Of a stretch of 64,000 bases of DNA, positions 1 through 12,424 are shown in pieces. This DNA is from Lama guanicoe (Eukaryota). The stretch spans positions 11,119,815-11,183,814 of the forward strand of contig MU054323.1 of NCBI GenBank assembly GCA_013239625.1, given 5' to 3'. Each line of letters begins with the position of its first letter. Position 1 is the first letter of the stretch. The notes under the pieces were generated by a model, which saw nothing but the letters and a program-made list of their open reading frames with translations, was not told where the DNA came from and made no database searches. Made by a program: the position numbers and the translations under genes.

Positions 1-220
1 TTTCTTTGTAAAACGGCATTTCATTTTGTTATGTACCACTTATTGCTGAATATTTAGGTTGTGGCATATTTTATTCTCACAGAGAACACTGCTTTGAACA
101 TCATTTTACACAAATCTCTGCACAGGTCTGATTTGTTTCCTCGGAATGAATTTCTGGAAGTAGAATTACTGAATCAAAGAGACTCAACATCATTAAGCCC
201 CTTGATTGTATATTACCTTA
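1..220 (-). mobile_element. Ancient L1 (L1ME-like) 3' fragment
   Basis: Degenerate antisense L1 3' motifs (tttctggaagtagaattactgaatcaaag). Confidence 0.5.
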
Positions 221-2589
221 AAAACAGAAAACAAAGAAAAGAGTTTATCATAATATAAGCTTCCAGCATTGAAAGCTCTAGCAAATAGAATCTCAGGGGT
301 GTAAAATCTATAGAGATGGGATAATGGAGGAACTTTGTGGAGAGAAGTCAGAAGGGTGTTTGGTTATTTTAAAGGGTTTGGGAGATGTTGTACATCTTCC
401 TCTAGCTTGTTAATTGCTTATTTTGAGCAGAGATGATGACGATTAAGATGTTTAGGCAACATTTTGTCAGCATTGCCAAACGGCCGGGGAGTGTATTCTT
501 GTCCCATAGTGGGAAAATTGATGTGCTCTGTGGTTACGAATGCACATGAGTCCGTGTTTGCCCTACTCATCTCCTTTATTCTATTAATGACATTGGAGCA
601 CCATGTGACCTTGAGGAAGACCAGAGAAGCTGCCCCAGCCTGGAGCCCCAAGAAGGTTGACCAGATGTACATTTAGTCCCCAGAACCATTTTGGTTTTCC
701 TGGGGTTCTCGGTCTGACTCATGAAATAGTCATGGTTTAGAAATATAGCTTCCCTGGAATTAAAGATAAACAGGCTCTTAGAGGTAGATCTGACCATAAT
801 AGAAGTGTTGGGCCAGTGTTCTAGGGGCTTCCACCAATAGCATTGCAAGGCTCTAGGTTCCTTGCAACAAGTAAACAGCCTAGGCCAACATTCCAGTAGG
901 ATCCATCTATGCCTGGTGGTTTACAAAGTTAATTTAGGTGTTACACAGACAAACTTTAAAAATGTTAGTGTATTTTATGGTTACTACCTATGACAAGTAA
1001 TACTAATTTTCCATTTATGTAGTGAAAGAGTTTTATTTAAAAAAATATGTTTTAAACATGTGAGTCAATGAAAAATGCAATGGAGCCATAGTGTGTACAT
1101 GGACAGGAGAGAATAGTGATGGTGGTGTCTGCCTTCCTGAGGCTGGCATCACTGCTGTTACCATGAAGGAATTTTTTTTTTTCTTGAAGGGTTGAATGTG
1201 TCCTCTTAGATGGAAGCACTCTTACAGCTCAGCTAATACTAAATTATGATTTCTGTATTTCTTTGGTTTCTTGCCTCTTGTATATGGCAGCAGAAGCATC
1301 AGGAACCTTCTGGCTGTTTTCCTTGGCACCCTAATATTGGGGGTTTTAACCCCAAATTTCTTCTTAATAATGTCCTGTGTATACACCACTTCATGTTTTA
1401 ACAAAGTGTTAAAACCAGAGGGTAGCTGTCCTGGGGTTCACACAAACTTTCCAAGGGATGTGACAACAGAGAGCATTTTGGGGAAATCAATTTCCACATC
1501 TTCTGCTTCCTTCTGTTGCTTTTCTAAAACTGCATTTCCTGAAGACAGGCTTCACCAGTTTTCTTTCCCTACCTTTCCTGTCAAGATTGCCCTCTACCCT
1601 CTTTATTAAAAGGACCTGGTTCTCACTCTCCTGAATCTTTTTAAGGTGTCTTTTTCCCAGGGTGTAGAAACCTTAGGGCCATCAAACAAATGGGCCATTT
1701 AAAATGTTACTGTCTAAGAAGCTTTGTAAATCTCACCTATCTACTGCAATAAGAAACCAATAAAAATTACTTTTTTGTCTAATAATTATATGTGGTATGT
1801 TTATTGATCACTTTTATACTAATAGCTGCAATAAGCCAATCCAATTTTTTTTTTACTCATAAGCCTTAGGGTCATGGGACAGAAAAACATTTCAAGTCAA
1901 TTTATATACATAAGTACATCTTTTTACTGCAGAGAAGTATGAAAAAAGCTAAAGACTAAGTACTTTTAAACATGAAAATATATTAAGATAGAATTCTATG
2001 GAGCAGTAGAATAGAAAGACATTTTTAGGTAGAGAAAGGAATAAGATTTGACTTAAGAGCTTGTTTATGAGTTTTTTTTTTAATAGATGGTAGTTGATAT
2101 CAAATTGCTATGGTATTTATAAGCCATTAGGTATATATTTAAAAGAGTGGCATGAAAGTTTTGTTTTAAAATGGTAATATTTGTAATGTATCAGAAGCGT
2201 TATGTGTCAATTTTCAAAGATTTGAAAGGAGACAGAGGTTATCAAAATTCTTTCAGGGAGTATGCCAAGTTTGGAGATTGTGGATTTAGACACTCTCCTT
2301 GGGATCAAAACTGTGGTACTGCAGCATCTCGGCGTGGGAGGGCACCTTCGAGACTGGGCCAGTCTCTTTCAGACAGGAATGTGGTCTACAGTATTATGGC
2401 ATTGGGTCACTGCATGTTCTTTGGACCCTGCCAGTGACACCAAGCTCAGAACCTCTCAGCACAGCAGATTGTGGACTACGAATCTGGAGAACTGGTTTCT
2501 AATCTTGGCTTTGCCAGTATCTGTCATCTCAGGCAACTCACATCACCTTTTTGGGCCTTGATTTCCCCATCTGTAACAGGGAGAGTTGA

Positions 2590-2805
2590 TTCTATGATTT
2601 TTTGTTAGAATATTGTATGATGAGGTGAAATCTTCCATCTTGACCCTAAATCAGCCCCCTAGAGTTAAAAAAAATCTCTCTCCTTCATGGCAACCTTTCA
2701 GATATTTGAAGGAACCTTTTATGTTCGCATCAAATTTCTTCCAATTTTAAAACATATTATCCTTCAACCTTGAGTTACGGAATCGTCTTCATGAGGGTAT
2801 TTTTT
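2590..2805. mobile_element. Probable CR1/L3 remnant, continuing at ~4664-4800 beyond the Charlie1 insertion
   Basis: Degenerate motifs cctttcagatatttgaagg and tgtgtctgatcagagg...catcacctccctg resemble L3. Confidence 0.4.
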
Positions 2806-2813
2806 CTCTAGGC

Positions 2814-4655
2814 CATTGGTCCTCAAGTTGTTTTTATCTCAGTCCCTTTTGCATTCCTAAAAGTTATTTAGGACCCCCAGAGATATTTGTTTCTTTGGGT
2901 TATATCTTTTGATATTATGACAGTGTTTAAAATTCTTATTATTTATTAATTCCTTTAAAATAACAATAAAACCATTACATGTGAATATAAATAACCATTT
3001 TTAATAAAAATAAATATATTTTCCTAAACAAAAAAGTTTATTGAGAAGAAAGGTTTCACATTTTTGCAAATCTGTTTGGTATCTGGCTTAATAGAAGACA
3101 GTTCGAATCTTATATCTGCTTCTGCGTTCAATCTGTTGTGTATGTGTTAGTTGAGGTAAATAAAGAAAATCTGGCCTATGCAGATATGTAGTTAGAAAAG
3201 GAAGAAATATTTTAACAGCCTTTTCGTATATTTTTCTCTGCTATTTCAGCAAAACTCAAGTGGTAGTTTCTTAACGGCTAGTGGTAATGAGGAATCTAAA
3301 CCCTTATCAATGAACTTTCTGTACTCTTACATTAAAATTCATTAGTCTGTCTTGCACTTTGAATGAATCTTTTACACACGCTTGGTTTCATAACGTGCCA
3401 CACTGATCATTAGGAAAATATAGGTTCACTGAGTTATGCAGATCTTCCAAATGATAACACATTTCATTATACAATATCAAAAAAAATCACATTAGTTAAT
3501 ATCTTCACTGGTCTCATCAGAAATTCTTCAAGTAATAGGAAACTATCAAGCTAATGGTGGCTGATACAAGTTTTCCAAAATTCTAATTTTTGCTTGAGAC
3601 CTCAGTTTTTATCATTGGTACCAAATACCATCAGTCATTTTCTCTGAAATGTCAGGCTTCTATCTGCCAAATACCCAAGTCTGAATAACCATGGTTTGCT
3701 GGTCAGTCATTCTTTCAACTGAAAATGGAGTTCCATGGAAAAAGTGGCTAGTTCAGCTTGCAAGTCAATCACACAAGTGCTTTTCTTCCAGACAACCGTG
3801 GCGCTCTGACATGCACCAGAAGTGTTTTATGCCAACTTTCCATTCCATCATGTAGAATATTGAAACAACATGTACTTGTTTTTAAAACCCCTTTATTGTG
3901 GCATAATTCCTCTAGAGTAAACTACACATATTTCAGATGTACAATTTGATGAATTTTGATAGATGTATACACCTATAAAACAACCACCACAATCAAGATA
4001 GCAAACATTTCCATCACTCCCCAAGAGGTGTAAATTTCAAACTCCCAATTTATCCCTTCTTACCCTCTTTACCCCCTGGTAACTGTAAGTTTGTTCTCTA
4101 TGTCTGTGAGTCTGTTTCTGTTTTGTAGATAAGTTGATTTGTGTCGTTTTTTTAGATTCCACATATAAGCAATATCATGTGGTATTTTTCTTTTTCTTTC
4201 TGGCTTCCTTCACTTAGAATGATAATCTCAGGGTCCATCCATGTTGCTGCAAATGGCATTATTTTATTCTTTTATGGCTGAGTAGTATTCCATTGTATAT
4301 ACATACCACAACTTCTTTATCCAGTCATCTGTTGAGGGACATTTAGTAAAACAACATGTACTTAAGAGTCAGTATTTCATAAAAATTAATCTTTATTGCT
4401 TCAGCTAGGACATGAAGTTTTTTGTTTTGTGAGAATGGTGAGGAATACAATGAGGACAAGTACAGTTTGCTGCTGATCATTAGTTCTTGCTAAAGTACCA
4501 GCAATTTCACCCACCATTGCTTTTTATACCATTAGTGCAAGTATCAACACAGGAAAAAAGGTCAATAACATCTTAGTACTATTAAGAAAATATTTTAACT
4601 CTATGGACACTCTCTTCTGGAAAGGACCTTGGGAACTGAGCTTTGAGAACCACTT
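2814..4655 (-). mobile_element. hAT Charlie1a-like DNA transposon, interrupted by an L1
   Basis: Degenerate TIRs (cattggtcctcaag / ctttgagaaccactt) and an 8-bp TSD ctctaggc (2806-2813) / ctctagac (4656-4663). Internal sequence tctggcttaatagaagacag...atctgcttctgcgttcaatctgttg is typical of Charlie1. Confidence 0.85.
3878..4348 (-). mobile_element. 5'-truncated, apparently chimeric L1 3' end inside Charlie1
   Basis: Perfect 15-bp TSD aaacaacatgtactt (3863-3877, 4349-4363). Antisense L1 3' UTR motifs such as tccatccatgttgctgcaaatggcatt. Confidence 0.85.
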
Positions 4656-6719
4656 CTCTAGACTGAACGGACTGTGTCTGATCAGAGGACAGCAGGACAT
4701 CACCTCCCTGTTAGTGTCAATGGCTTCCATGAGGTGAGCAGACCTCTAGGAACATAGGACAGTTAGATCCAGTGTTTTTGCATCAATACTGTAGTTATGA
4801 CCAACTAATATCTCCAGGTCTCTTTTCCTGGACCTACTATCAAGCAAGGCTTCCTATTTGGGAGGGGGGGAAAAGAGTTTTTAACTTAAAAAAAGACAGA
4901 TAAATTAGCTGATGACCTCACTTTGGGAAAAGGTGAGTTGGAAGTGATGGATGTCATCCAAGTGGACACTTTCCACAGATGGTGGAAAGGGAGGTGCAGC
5001 TGCGGACTGGGGAATCCTCAGCCTAACATGGACAGGTGAAGCCAAGAAGCTGCCTGAGTCCAGAGAAAAGCCTAGGGTGACACCAAGTTCAGGGAGGGCA
5101 CACGGAAGGTGAGGTTACACAGGTTAGGTGAACCTAAGGAGGGTCATGAGAATGAGGGGAGAGCGGAAGTCCCAAAGCAGGCTGCCCAGGTAGTGTTCTG
5201 CAGAGGTGGTGGTGACTGAAACCCAAGCAAAGGCCCTGGGGCTGGGCTGTAAGCAAGTCCTTAGAGACTTGAAAGTGTTGTTTCCATCCAGGGATGGGTT
5301 TGGAAGCCCTGTGGTAGAGGTGAAGAAGGGAACCCCAGACAAGGATGAAAAGGCTGTTGGACCAGGCCAAATAATCAAGATTTTTGTCTCCAAAACAAAG
5401 AATGAGGGGATGATTGGAAATGGCAGCCATGTCAGTCTGGGCTTTCTGAGAGGGGAGTGTGGCTGTGGGACACCGGTAGTACCGACAGGAGAGATGGAGA
5501 GAGGCCATCTCCAGAGGCCCAGAGATGACTGGGAAGCATGTCTTCTTTTCAAAGGGCACTAATGATATAGGTGATAGGATGCGGGTGTTTGAAATCTTCT
5601 CTGCTGGATGGCTGCGATCTTTCCTAACCACGCTGGAGAACTTTGAGAGGTGCTCTTTAACATTCCAAAAGGCCCATCAGCTTGCTGGGCCCAGAGTTAT
5701 CAGCAGCAATTAGTGCTAATTAATTGGAATTTGGAACTCTTGACTTGCAGGATGGGTGTGTGTTTGGGAGATGTTTATGAAAGATGGTGTTTATCCAGAG
5801 GATTTCCTTTTCTTTTAAGTTTCAAGGCTAGAAGCTTAAGCATCTTTAATCCAAAGGAAGGAGCTCCAACAGTTGTTATAAAGCCCCAAGTCTCTGCTCA
5901 GGCCTCCCAAAGGGTTAGTGAGATACCAGAGAAGGGTAGGAGAGGGTGAGGTGGATGTTCTGTAACCCAGTCCAGGGGAGATTCAAGTGAGTTGATTCTC
6001 AAGGATGGAGAATGAGGTCACTAGCATCAGAGTGGAGACAGGAGAATGTTCTTTCCCATCCCCTGAATCCAGTTAGTAGCCACTGTCCCTTTGCTATAAT
6101 TCTTTCTGTTCTTACCAGCCACACTTTGAAAAGTCAGTAAAATCCAAATAATGATTGATGATGATAAAATAGCAGGAGGCAAGGATTTCAAAGAACATAT
6201 TTCTTGCCTTCACATACTGTTAGGGACAAAAAGCAGGCTGTACTTTTCTTTTGAATTAGCTACTGCTCATTCATTCAGCCTTTGGCAGCGCAGGATGCTG
6301 GTAGAGATCTGCCCATTGTTATAAACCAGCCCCTCCTAGGAAGGAATAAACACACAAGGCCAATCCATTGTTGTTCTCCAGGAAAAATAAGAAACCCAGG
6401 CCCCTGCAGTAGGCTGGGGGTGGGGGAGGGGAGTTTGCATAATGGGAAGACTTCTAGCTGTGGGGGCTTCCACTGAAAGGCCAGGATCTGGACACGGCAG
6501 TGGCTTCCATTCCAGCTGGCCTAACCCGAGCCCTGAGAAAAGAGAGGCACTGGAGGGGAAGTGATGAAGTCACCACCATTTCTGCAAAGAACTTGGCCTA
6601 GAACTTGTGAGCATGAACCCAGGAGTGCTGCTGATTTGCTCCTGTCCCAAGCCACACAGCTACAGACTTCCTAGTCCCTCACTCTAAATGCTTCTTGGGG
6701 ACCTCAGCTTTACCTAGTA

Positions 6720-7040
6720 AGAACCATCATTAGGAATTTAAAGTTCACAGAACATGTTCACACGTAGCTGTATTTGATTCTCTCCAAAGCTCCATAAGGT
6801 GGGAGTTAGCATCCTAATTTATAAATGAGACAAGGGAGTTGGGCCTCCACATCTTTGAGCCTGTTGGGTACCATGTTGGGCACTCAATCTGAAATATCAT
6901 GTCATCCTTCAAACAATACTGTAAAGTAGAAACTCCTTCCTCATTTTACTCAGGAGACAACTGAAGCTCAGAGAAGTTAAAATGACTTGACCCCAGTCAC
7001 AGAGATAATCAGACATGGGGACAAGGTAAAAGTCAGGTCT
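6720..7040 (-). mobile_element. MIR fragments
   Basis: caactgaagctcagagaagttaaaatgacttgaccccagtcacag is the MIR core. Confidence 0.7.
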
Positions 7041-7917
7041 TTCAGACTCCTGGTCTACCTGTGGGAGTGGTGCTATGCCCTTGCAGATTTGAGGTTGATT
7101 CTCCCTGCTCTGGAACCAGAGAGGGGAGAGGCTCACTGTGTGGTTTTGGGTGCTGAGGCAGATCCCTCTCAGGGCCTTGGAGGGTGACCTGGTTATTCAC
7201 CTCAGGCTCTCTGCCCCACCTCACCTCTCCCTCGCACCCCAGCTCGCCTCTTTCCTCTGTTCCACCCCAGCAAGGAGGAGCAGGATGGCCAAGCTCCCTG
7301 GGTCTCAGCTTGCAGAACTGGTCATTAGCCCTTTGTGTCGAGTTAACCACCTTTCGTCTCCTCTGCCTGCTGGTGTCCGCTTTCCCCATTAGCATCTCCC
7401 AGTCCTTTGTCCAGCCCTCCACCCTCTTTGTGCCAGCTCAAGTTGTCTGTCCAGGATGATGGCCGAGGGATGCATACACATGGGGGAGGGCTGCTCCAAC
7501 CAGAATCGCTCACATTTTCCATCCGAGGTGCCAGACACCTCTCTCCTCTCCCACCCCAGAGGCAGCCAGGTTTAGGTCACCTGGCTTAGAGGCAGACAGT
7601 TGATAGGTAGGCCCCTAAATTTCGGGCCTTTGGAGTCCTGGTATTACTTTTCAGTTCCACTCCATGGGTGAAATGGGAGCTGACTGACTAGCAACTTTTA
7701 TCCTCAACAGAAGCCTGCTGACTGATTCCTCATCTCCAGGAGCTTACCTTCACCTCAGACTTCTCTGCTCTGACGCTGCCCATGGGGGTCCATCAGCCAA
7801 GCATCCTCAGTTTTCCCGAACAGTTCTGCTTTTATTGTTTCCATATTTAACCATTCATTTGTGTGGCTATTTATGTTTGTATTTACATATTTCATATACA
7901 TTGATATTAATAAAAAT

Positions 7918-8040
7918 GAAAGGAAATTAAAAATTTTAGCCTCAAGTGTGGAATAGCCACATGTGGCTAGTGTTTACAGTTGGCCAGTGCAGACAGAAAA
8001 CATTTCCATTATTGTGGAAAAATTCTATTGGACAGCTGTG
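7918..8040. mobile_element. MER3-like hAT MITE fragment
   Basis: tagccacatgtggctag palindrome followed by aacatttccattatt...ttctattggacag. Confidence 0.75.
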
Positions 8041-8292
8041 ATCTACACAGCCAAAAATTCCAATATATTGGCATCCAAACTGTATCGCACAGATCATTTC
8101 TTCCTAGAAGGTCCTAAAATGCCTTTGACCTTTCAAGTGAACTCATTTGAGTTCCCAAAATGTCAGGGCCTGTTTGAGTTGGAGGCTACCTGGCAAAGGA
8201 TGCTTTTGAAGAAGTGTCCCCTGTAAAATTCACATTACCAAGTTGAATGCCTGCTATTCCTCCGCAGTGGGACATGTGGGACCCGGGATGTT

Positions 8293-8322
8293 CTAGGGTT
8301 AGGGTTAGGGTTAGGGTTAGGG
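8293..8322 (+). repeat. Short interstitial telomeric repeat CTAGGG(TTAGGG)4
   Basis: Read directly from the sequence. Confidence 0.95.
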
Positions 8323-9507
8323 TGTGTGTGGGTGATCTCCAAGACTTCATTTGCAAAGGAGGGAACTTGATGTCTCTTAGTTTCATCCGAGCCATCATCC
8401 CTGGCAGCTGAGTGTGACAGCTGGATGTGGAGTCCAGTGCTGGTGCACAGAGGAAAGGGCAGGGCTGAGAGACACACAGCTGGGGTTGGATGCTTCTAGA
8501 TCTGTCCTGCCTTTGAGACTGAGGGTGGGAAATGCCTCTCAGAGCCTCCTTTCTAGGCTTCCTTTCTAGACTTCTTGGAGATGAGCCTTTGCTGCAGAAA
8601 GAAGAGAAAAGGATCTTTTTTCCCCCCTTTCCCCTGTCCAGAGAGAAGGGACGCTTTGGGGTAAGAGATTTAACCAGAAGCAGTTTCTTTTTGGAACAAG
8701 GGCAGTGCTTTATTCCCTGCCAGTTCCTGCAGGCAAACAGCATGCCAGGCTGGCCTGCCGCCCCAGCCCTACCTGTCATGTGTTTGGCAAGTCTGATTTG
8801 AGTCCTTTTTTCCACTGCCTTACCCACCCCGTCAAATTGCAGTTGCAACCTCTCATTTTTCTGCTGCCTAGATGATTAAAAAGCATGACTTAGTGGAAAA
8901 ATCTTGACCTCCTTGGGGTCAGCCTCTTAGGCAGCTATTGGAGATAAGATTGTACTAGCAAAATACTCAGCTACGCTTTGCAAGCCTTTCTGTGTGGATG
9001 TAAGGAAATGAGAAGCTGTTTGGTTTTGGGTGCGTTTTGTTTGTCTTTGGAGAGAGCTACAATTTTCCGAGGCATAAATTGGTACTATCTGATAATAAAA
9101 TAAAATCTCTGATGGGAGGGTTAGATTACTACAGTGATTTTTTTAAATGTCATTAGGCTTTGCAAAAAAGAAAAATTTTTTTTTTGATGGTGCCTGCTTC
9201 AGGGAGCAAAGTTCTCTGGCAACTAAGCAGTATCAGAAGTTCAATGCTCAGACTTCCCCCAAGGACTTAAAAGACTTAATTGTGCAGCTTCTGGTATGAA
9301 AGGCATTGTCTGGAGTTATTTTAATTACTGTATTAGTGTTGCTGCTTCTTGCTTGGAGATTGAATACTTACCATAGTCCTATTGAAACTGCTCCAAAGAG
9401 GACATTCCAATTTGAATTTAGCATATGTCCTCAAAGCATTTTATCGTCTCTGTATTTGCCAAAGATTTGGATCCATCTAGTAAGACCAGAAGGTCACTTC
9501 AGTTCTT

Positions 9508-9694
9508 TTCTTTTTTTAAAATACATTTTTATTGAAATATAGTCAGTTTACAATGTTGTGTCAATTTCTGGAGTACAGCACAATGCTTCAGTCACATAGG
9601 AACATACATATATTCATTTTCATATACTTTTTCACCATAAGTTACAAGATATTGAATATAAATTCTCTGTGCTATACAGTGTAAACTTGTTTAT
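9508..9694 (-). mobile_element. Lineage-specific L1 3' terminus (~190 bp)
   Basis: T-rich tail followed by tttattgaaatatagtcagtttacaatgttgtg.... Degenerate TSD gtcacttcagttctt (9493-9507) / gttactttacttctt (9695-9709). Closely similar to 47105-47279. Confidence 0.9.
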
Positions 9695-9839
9695 GTTACT
9701 TTACTTCTTAAAGGGAGAAACTGAGGCACAGGGGATTGAGAGGTCTTGGTTAAGGTTATACAAGTGGCATCAAGGACATAGAATCTGGGGTCTATGGCTT
9801 GACACTATGTGTTATCAAATGAACACTTCGTTTGAAGTC

Positions 9840-10010
9840 CTGGAGGTCTGAGTTTGGGTCCCTGTTCAGCCACTTCCTAGCTCTGTGGCCTTGAGTAAGT
9901 CACTTGCCCTCTCTGTGCTTCAGTTTCCTCATCTATAAAATAGTCATCACACCACGACATACTTCAGAGGATTATGAAGACAGGTCCTGCTCAGCAAATG
10001 TGCCCGGCAT
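9840..10010 (+). mobile_element. MIR
   Basis: gctctgtggccttgagtaagtcacttgccctctctgtgcttcagtttcctcatctataaaat. Confidence 0.85.
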
Positions 10011-11899
10011 ACCTTCCATCATCATCATCATCATCCTTACTTTAACATTTTTTCCCCTATTTTTGGTTAAAGACCCATTCCCAGCTAAAAATGAAATCAC
10101 ATGTTCTCCACCCTTATTGTCCTCTTTTTCCTTCCTTGCTGCTTGTCTCTTTGCTCTTCCTCAGCTTGAATGATCAGAATTAGAAGCCGGCTGCCACCTT
10201 TCTCAGCTGGGGAGGCACAGGGTAGGCACGGCCCAGGGCTTGAGGTCAGAGGGTGGAGGCAGGGGCTTAGGTCTGTCCTGGGCCAGGCATCCATCTCCTC
10301 TTCCTATGTCTCAGCTCAGTCCTTAAAGATTTAGAGCAGCTGTCCAGACTGAGAAGCTCACCTTTTGGACCTGACTGCCCAGATAATCATCCTGGGGCTT
10401 GAACTGGGGCCTCCAGCAGCCAAATGGGCTGTTGTAGCCCAGGGCCTTGCCCATCCTCCCTGCTCAGGTTTCTGTGAAATGGGCATGTTGACCCAGTGGT
10501 GTCCATTCATTTCCCAGAAGTCACAGATACTGAAAACAGCAGATCTAGGCTGGAATCCTGGCTCTCCCATGTGACCCTCAGAGCCCCAGGGTCTCTCTGC
10601 CCATAGTGGGTGGTGAGGCCTATGGGAGGTGAACTCTGACAGAGCTTTGCGAAGCATAGCATGTTTTCCACTTGTAGGGTTCCCTTCACTCACGTCCAGA
10701 GCTTGTGCTTGGAAGGGCCATGTGTCCTCACCTGTAGGGAGGGGCTCCAGCTCCACATGAGAAGTGAGGAGGGGCCCAAGTAAGCCTCTTGACCCTCTCC
10801 CTCCTCAGCACAGGGGTCTGTGTGCACAGCACAGTTTGGGGCAGATCTGCAGGGCTGGCCGCAGCAGGAAGAGAAAGCCCACAGTGGGGGTCAACTTTCC
10901 CCAGGCCTCCCTTCACCCCACCAGCCTAGCCCCTCCATGCCCTGTTCTCCTCCTGGCTGCCACTACGATACTTTTTATAAGCCTTGTTAAGTCTTTAATG
11001 ATGCCTGGTTGTGCAGCTGGCTTAAGACTTAATCCCCAGCAATAAGGCTTTATTGGATAAATGGTTAATAATCACTTGTCTGCGGGGATTGGGGAAGTTG
11101 TATTGAGGCCCATGACTCCCAGAAGGCCCACGTGGCCTGTGACGTGGTCAGGGACTTGCCTGGTACTGCACTGCTTGGGGTTGGGTGCAGTAAGATTGGG
11201 CACCCTCGGAATGCCCTGGAGGTTGGGAAGGCCTGAGTTTGTAGGAGAGCACTTCTGCACCCTCTGAAGACCAGAGCCAGGCACAGGGACGCCCCAGGAT
11301 CTCTTCAAATGTGTGTCTCCACCCTCCCCAGTTTTTGCTCTTTTCTTTTGCTATTAACAAGCTGTGTGACCTTGAGCAAGTCTCCTGACCCCTCTGGGTC
11401 TCAGTTTCTTCATCTATTAAGTGGAGAAGTTGGAAGAGATGGCTTTGAAGGTGCCATGTGATTTCTGTGTGCCCCAGCGCCCCTCTCTCCAGCTCTCGGG
11501 CGTGTCCCTGAGGGCTGTGAGTGGTGAGGGACTAGCAGCCCATCGGATTAAGTACTTAAGCTGCTGGGCAGAGAATTGGGTCAGCTGTAGTCACAGGGCA
11601 GTGTGCGCAAAGGGAATCTGCAGAGCCTGGATTTTATAGCCTGGTTTGGGGTTTCTCCCAGCTCTGGGCAGGGCACACAGTAGGCATTAAAAAATGCTTT
11701 GTTGACGGGACTCTAGAAAGAGAAGTAGACTCTCTCAGGTACAGAGCCAGGCGTCATTCAACATGTAGAAAAGGAGTCTGGGGTTGTGTTCCCAGCTTGC
11801 CTGTTTCTGGGGCCCCTCCCTCAACCCTGAGTTGGCCTTGACTTTACAGTTGCAGTGAGATCAGAGCCCATCTCCTTGAGGGGGCAGGTGGTATTGGGG

Positions 11900-12110
11900 C
11901 ATAGGCTTGGGAGTCAAATTAAACCTGGGTTTGAATCTCATCCCACCACTGCTCATTTCCAGGCTGAGTGGTTTGTGCAACCTCCTTCTCCAAGAATCTC
12001 CCAGGATTCTTTCTAGTAGCATTAGCAGCACCTACATTTCAGCATGACTGTGTTGGGTCCAAATTATACATGTAAAGCACCTGGTAGCTGGCTCATACCA
12101 GATGCCAATA
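11900..12110 (+). mobile_element. MIR
   Basis: ggcttgggagtcaaattaaacctgggtttgaatctc ... tgtaaagcacctgg. Confidence 0.65.
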
Positions 12111-12424
12111 ATTATCCTGGGAGGAATTTAATGTTTGGCACTTGTTGTATGCATTGGCTTTCTTGAGTAAAATGCTTGCTGCAAATGGAGATGTGACTTA
12201 CTGTGGAATGATGTGATTTTGAGTTATTTTATCTGAAAACAAAACAAAAAATACAGACACTGCTGGGAAAAGTTTCAGCTTCAGGGCTAGTCTGCTAAGG
12301 GATGGTTTCCTCTGTTGCCCCAGAATCTGCTCCCTGGCTCCTGCCTATATCCTGGCTCTGTCCAGTATCCTGAGGGCTTAGCACGGTCCCTGGTGCACAG
12401 CGGGGGCTCCATCCTGCCCGTGTA

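Noticed and set aside
2814..4655. Functional hAT transposase
   Set aside because: Internally deleted, L1-interrupted copy with no long ORF.
8186..8848. 220-aa minus-strand ORF with LTLTLT repeat
   Set aside because: The repeat is only the translated telomeric array. Non-ATG start and no homology recognised.
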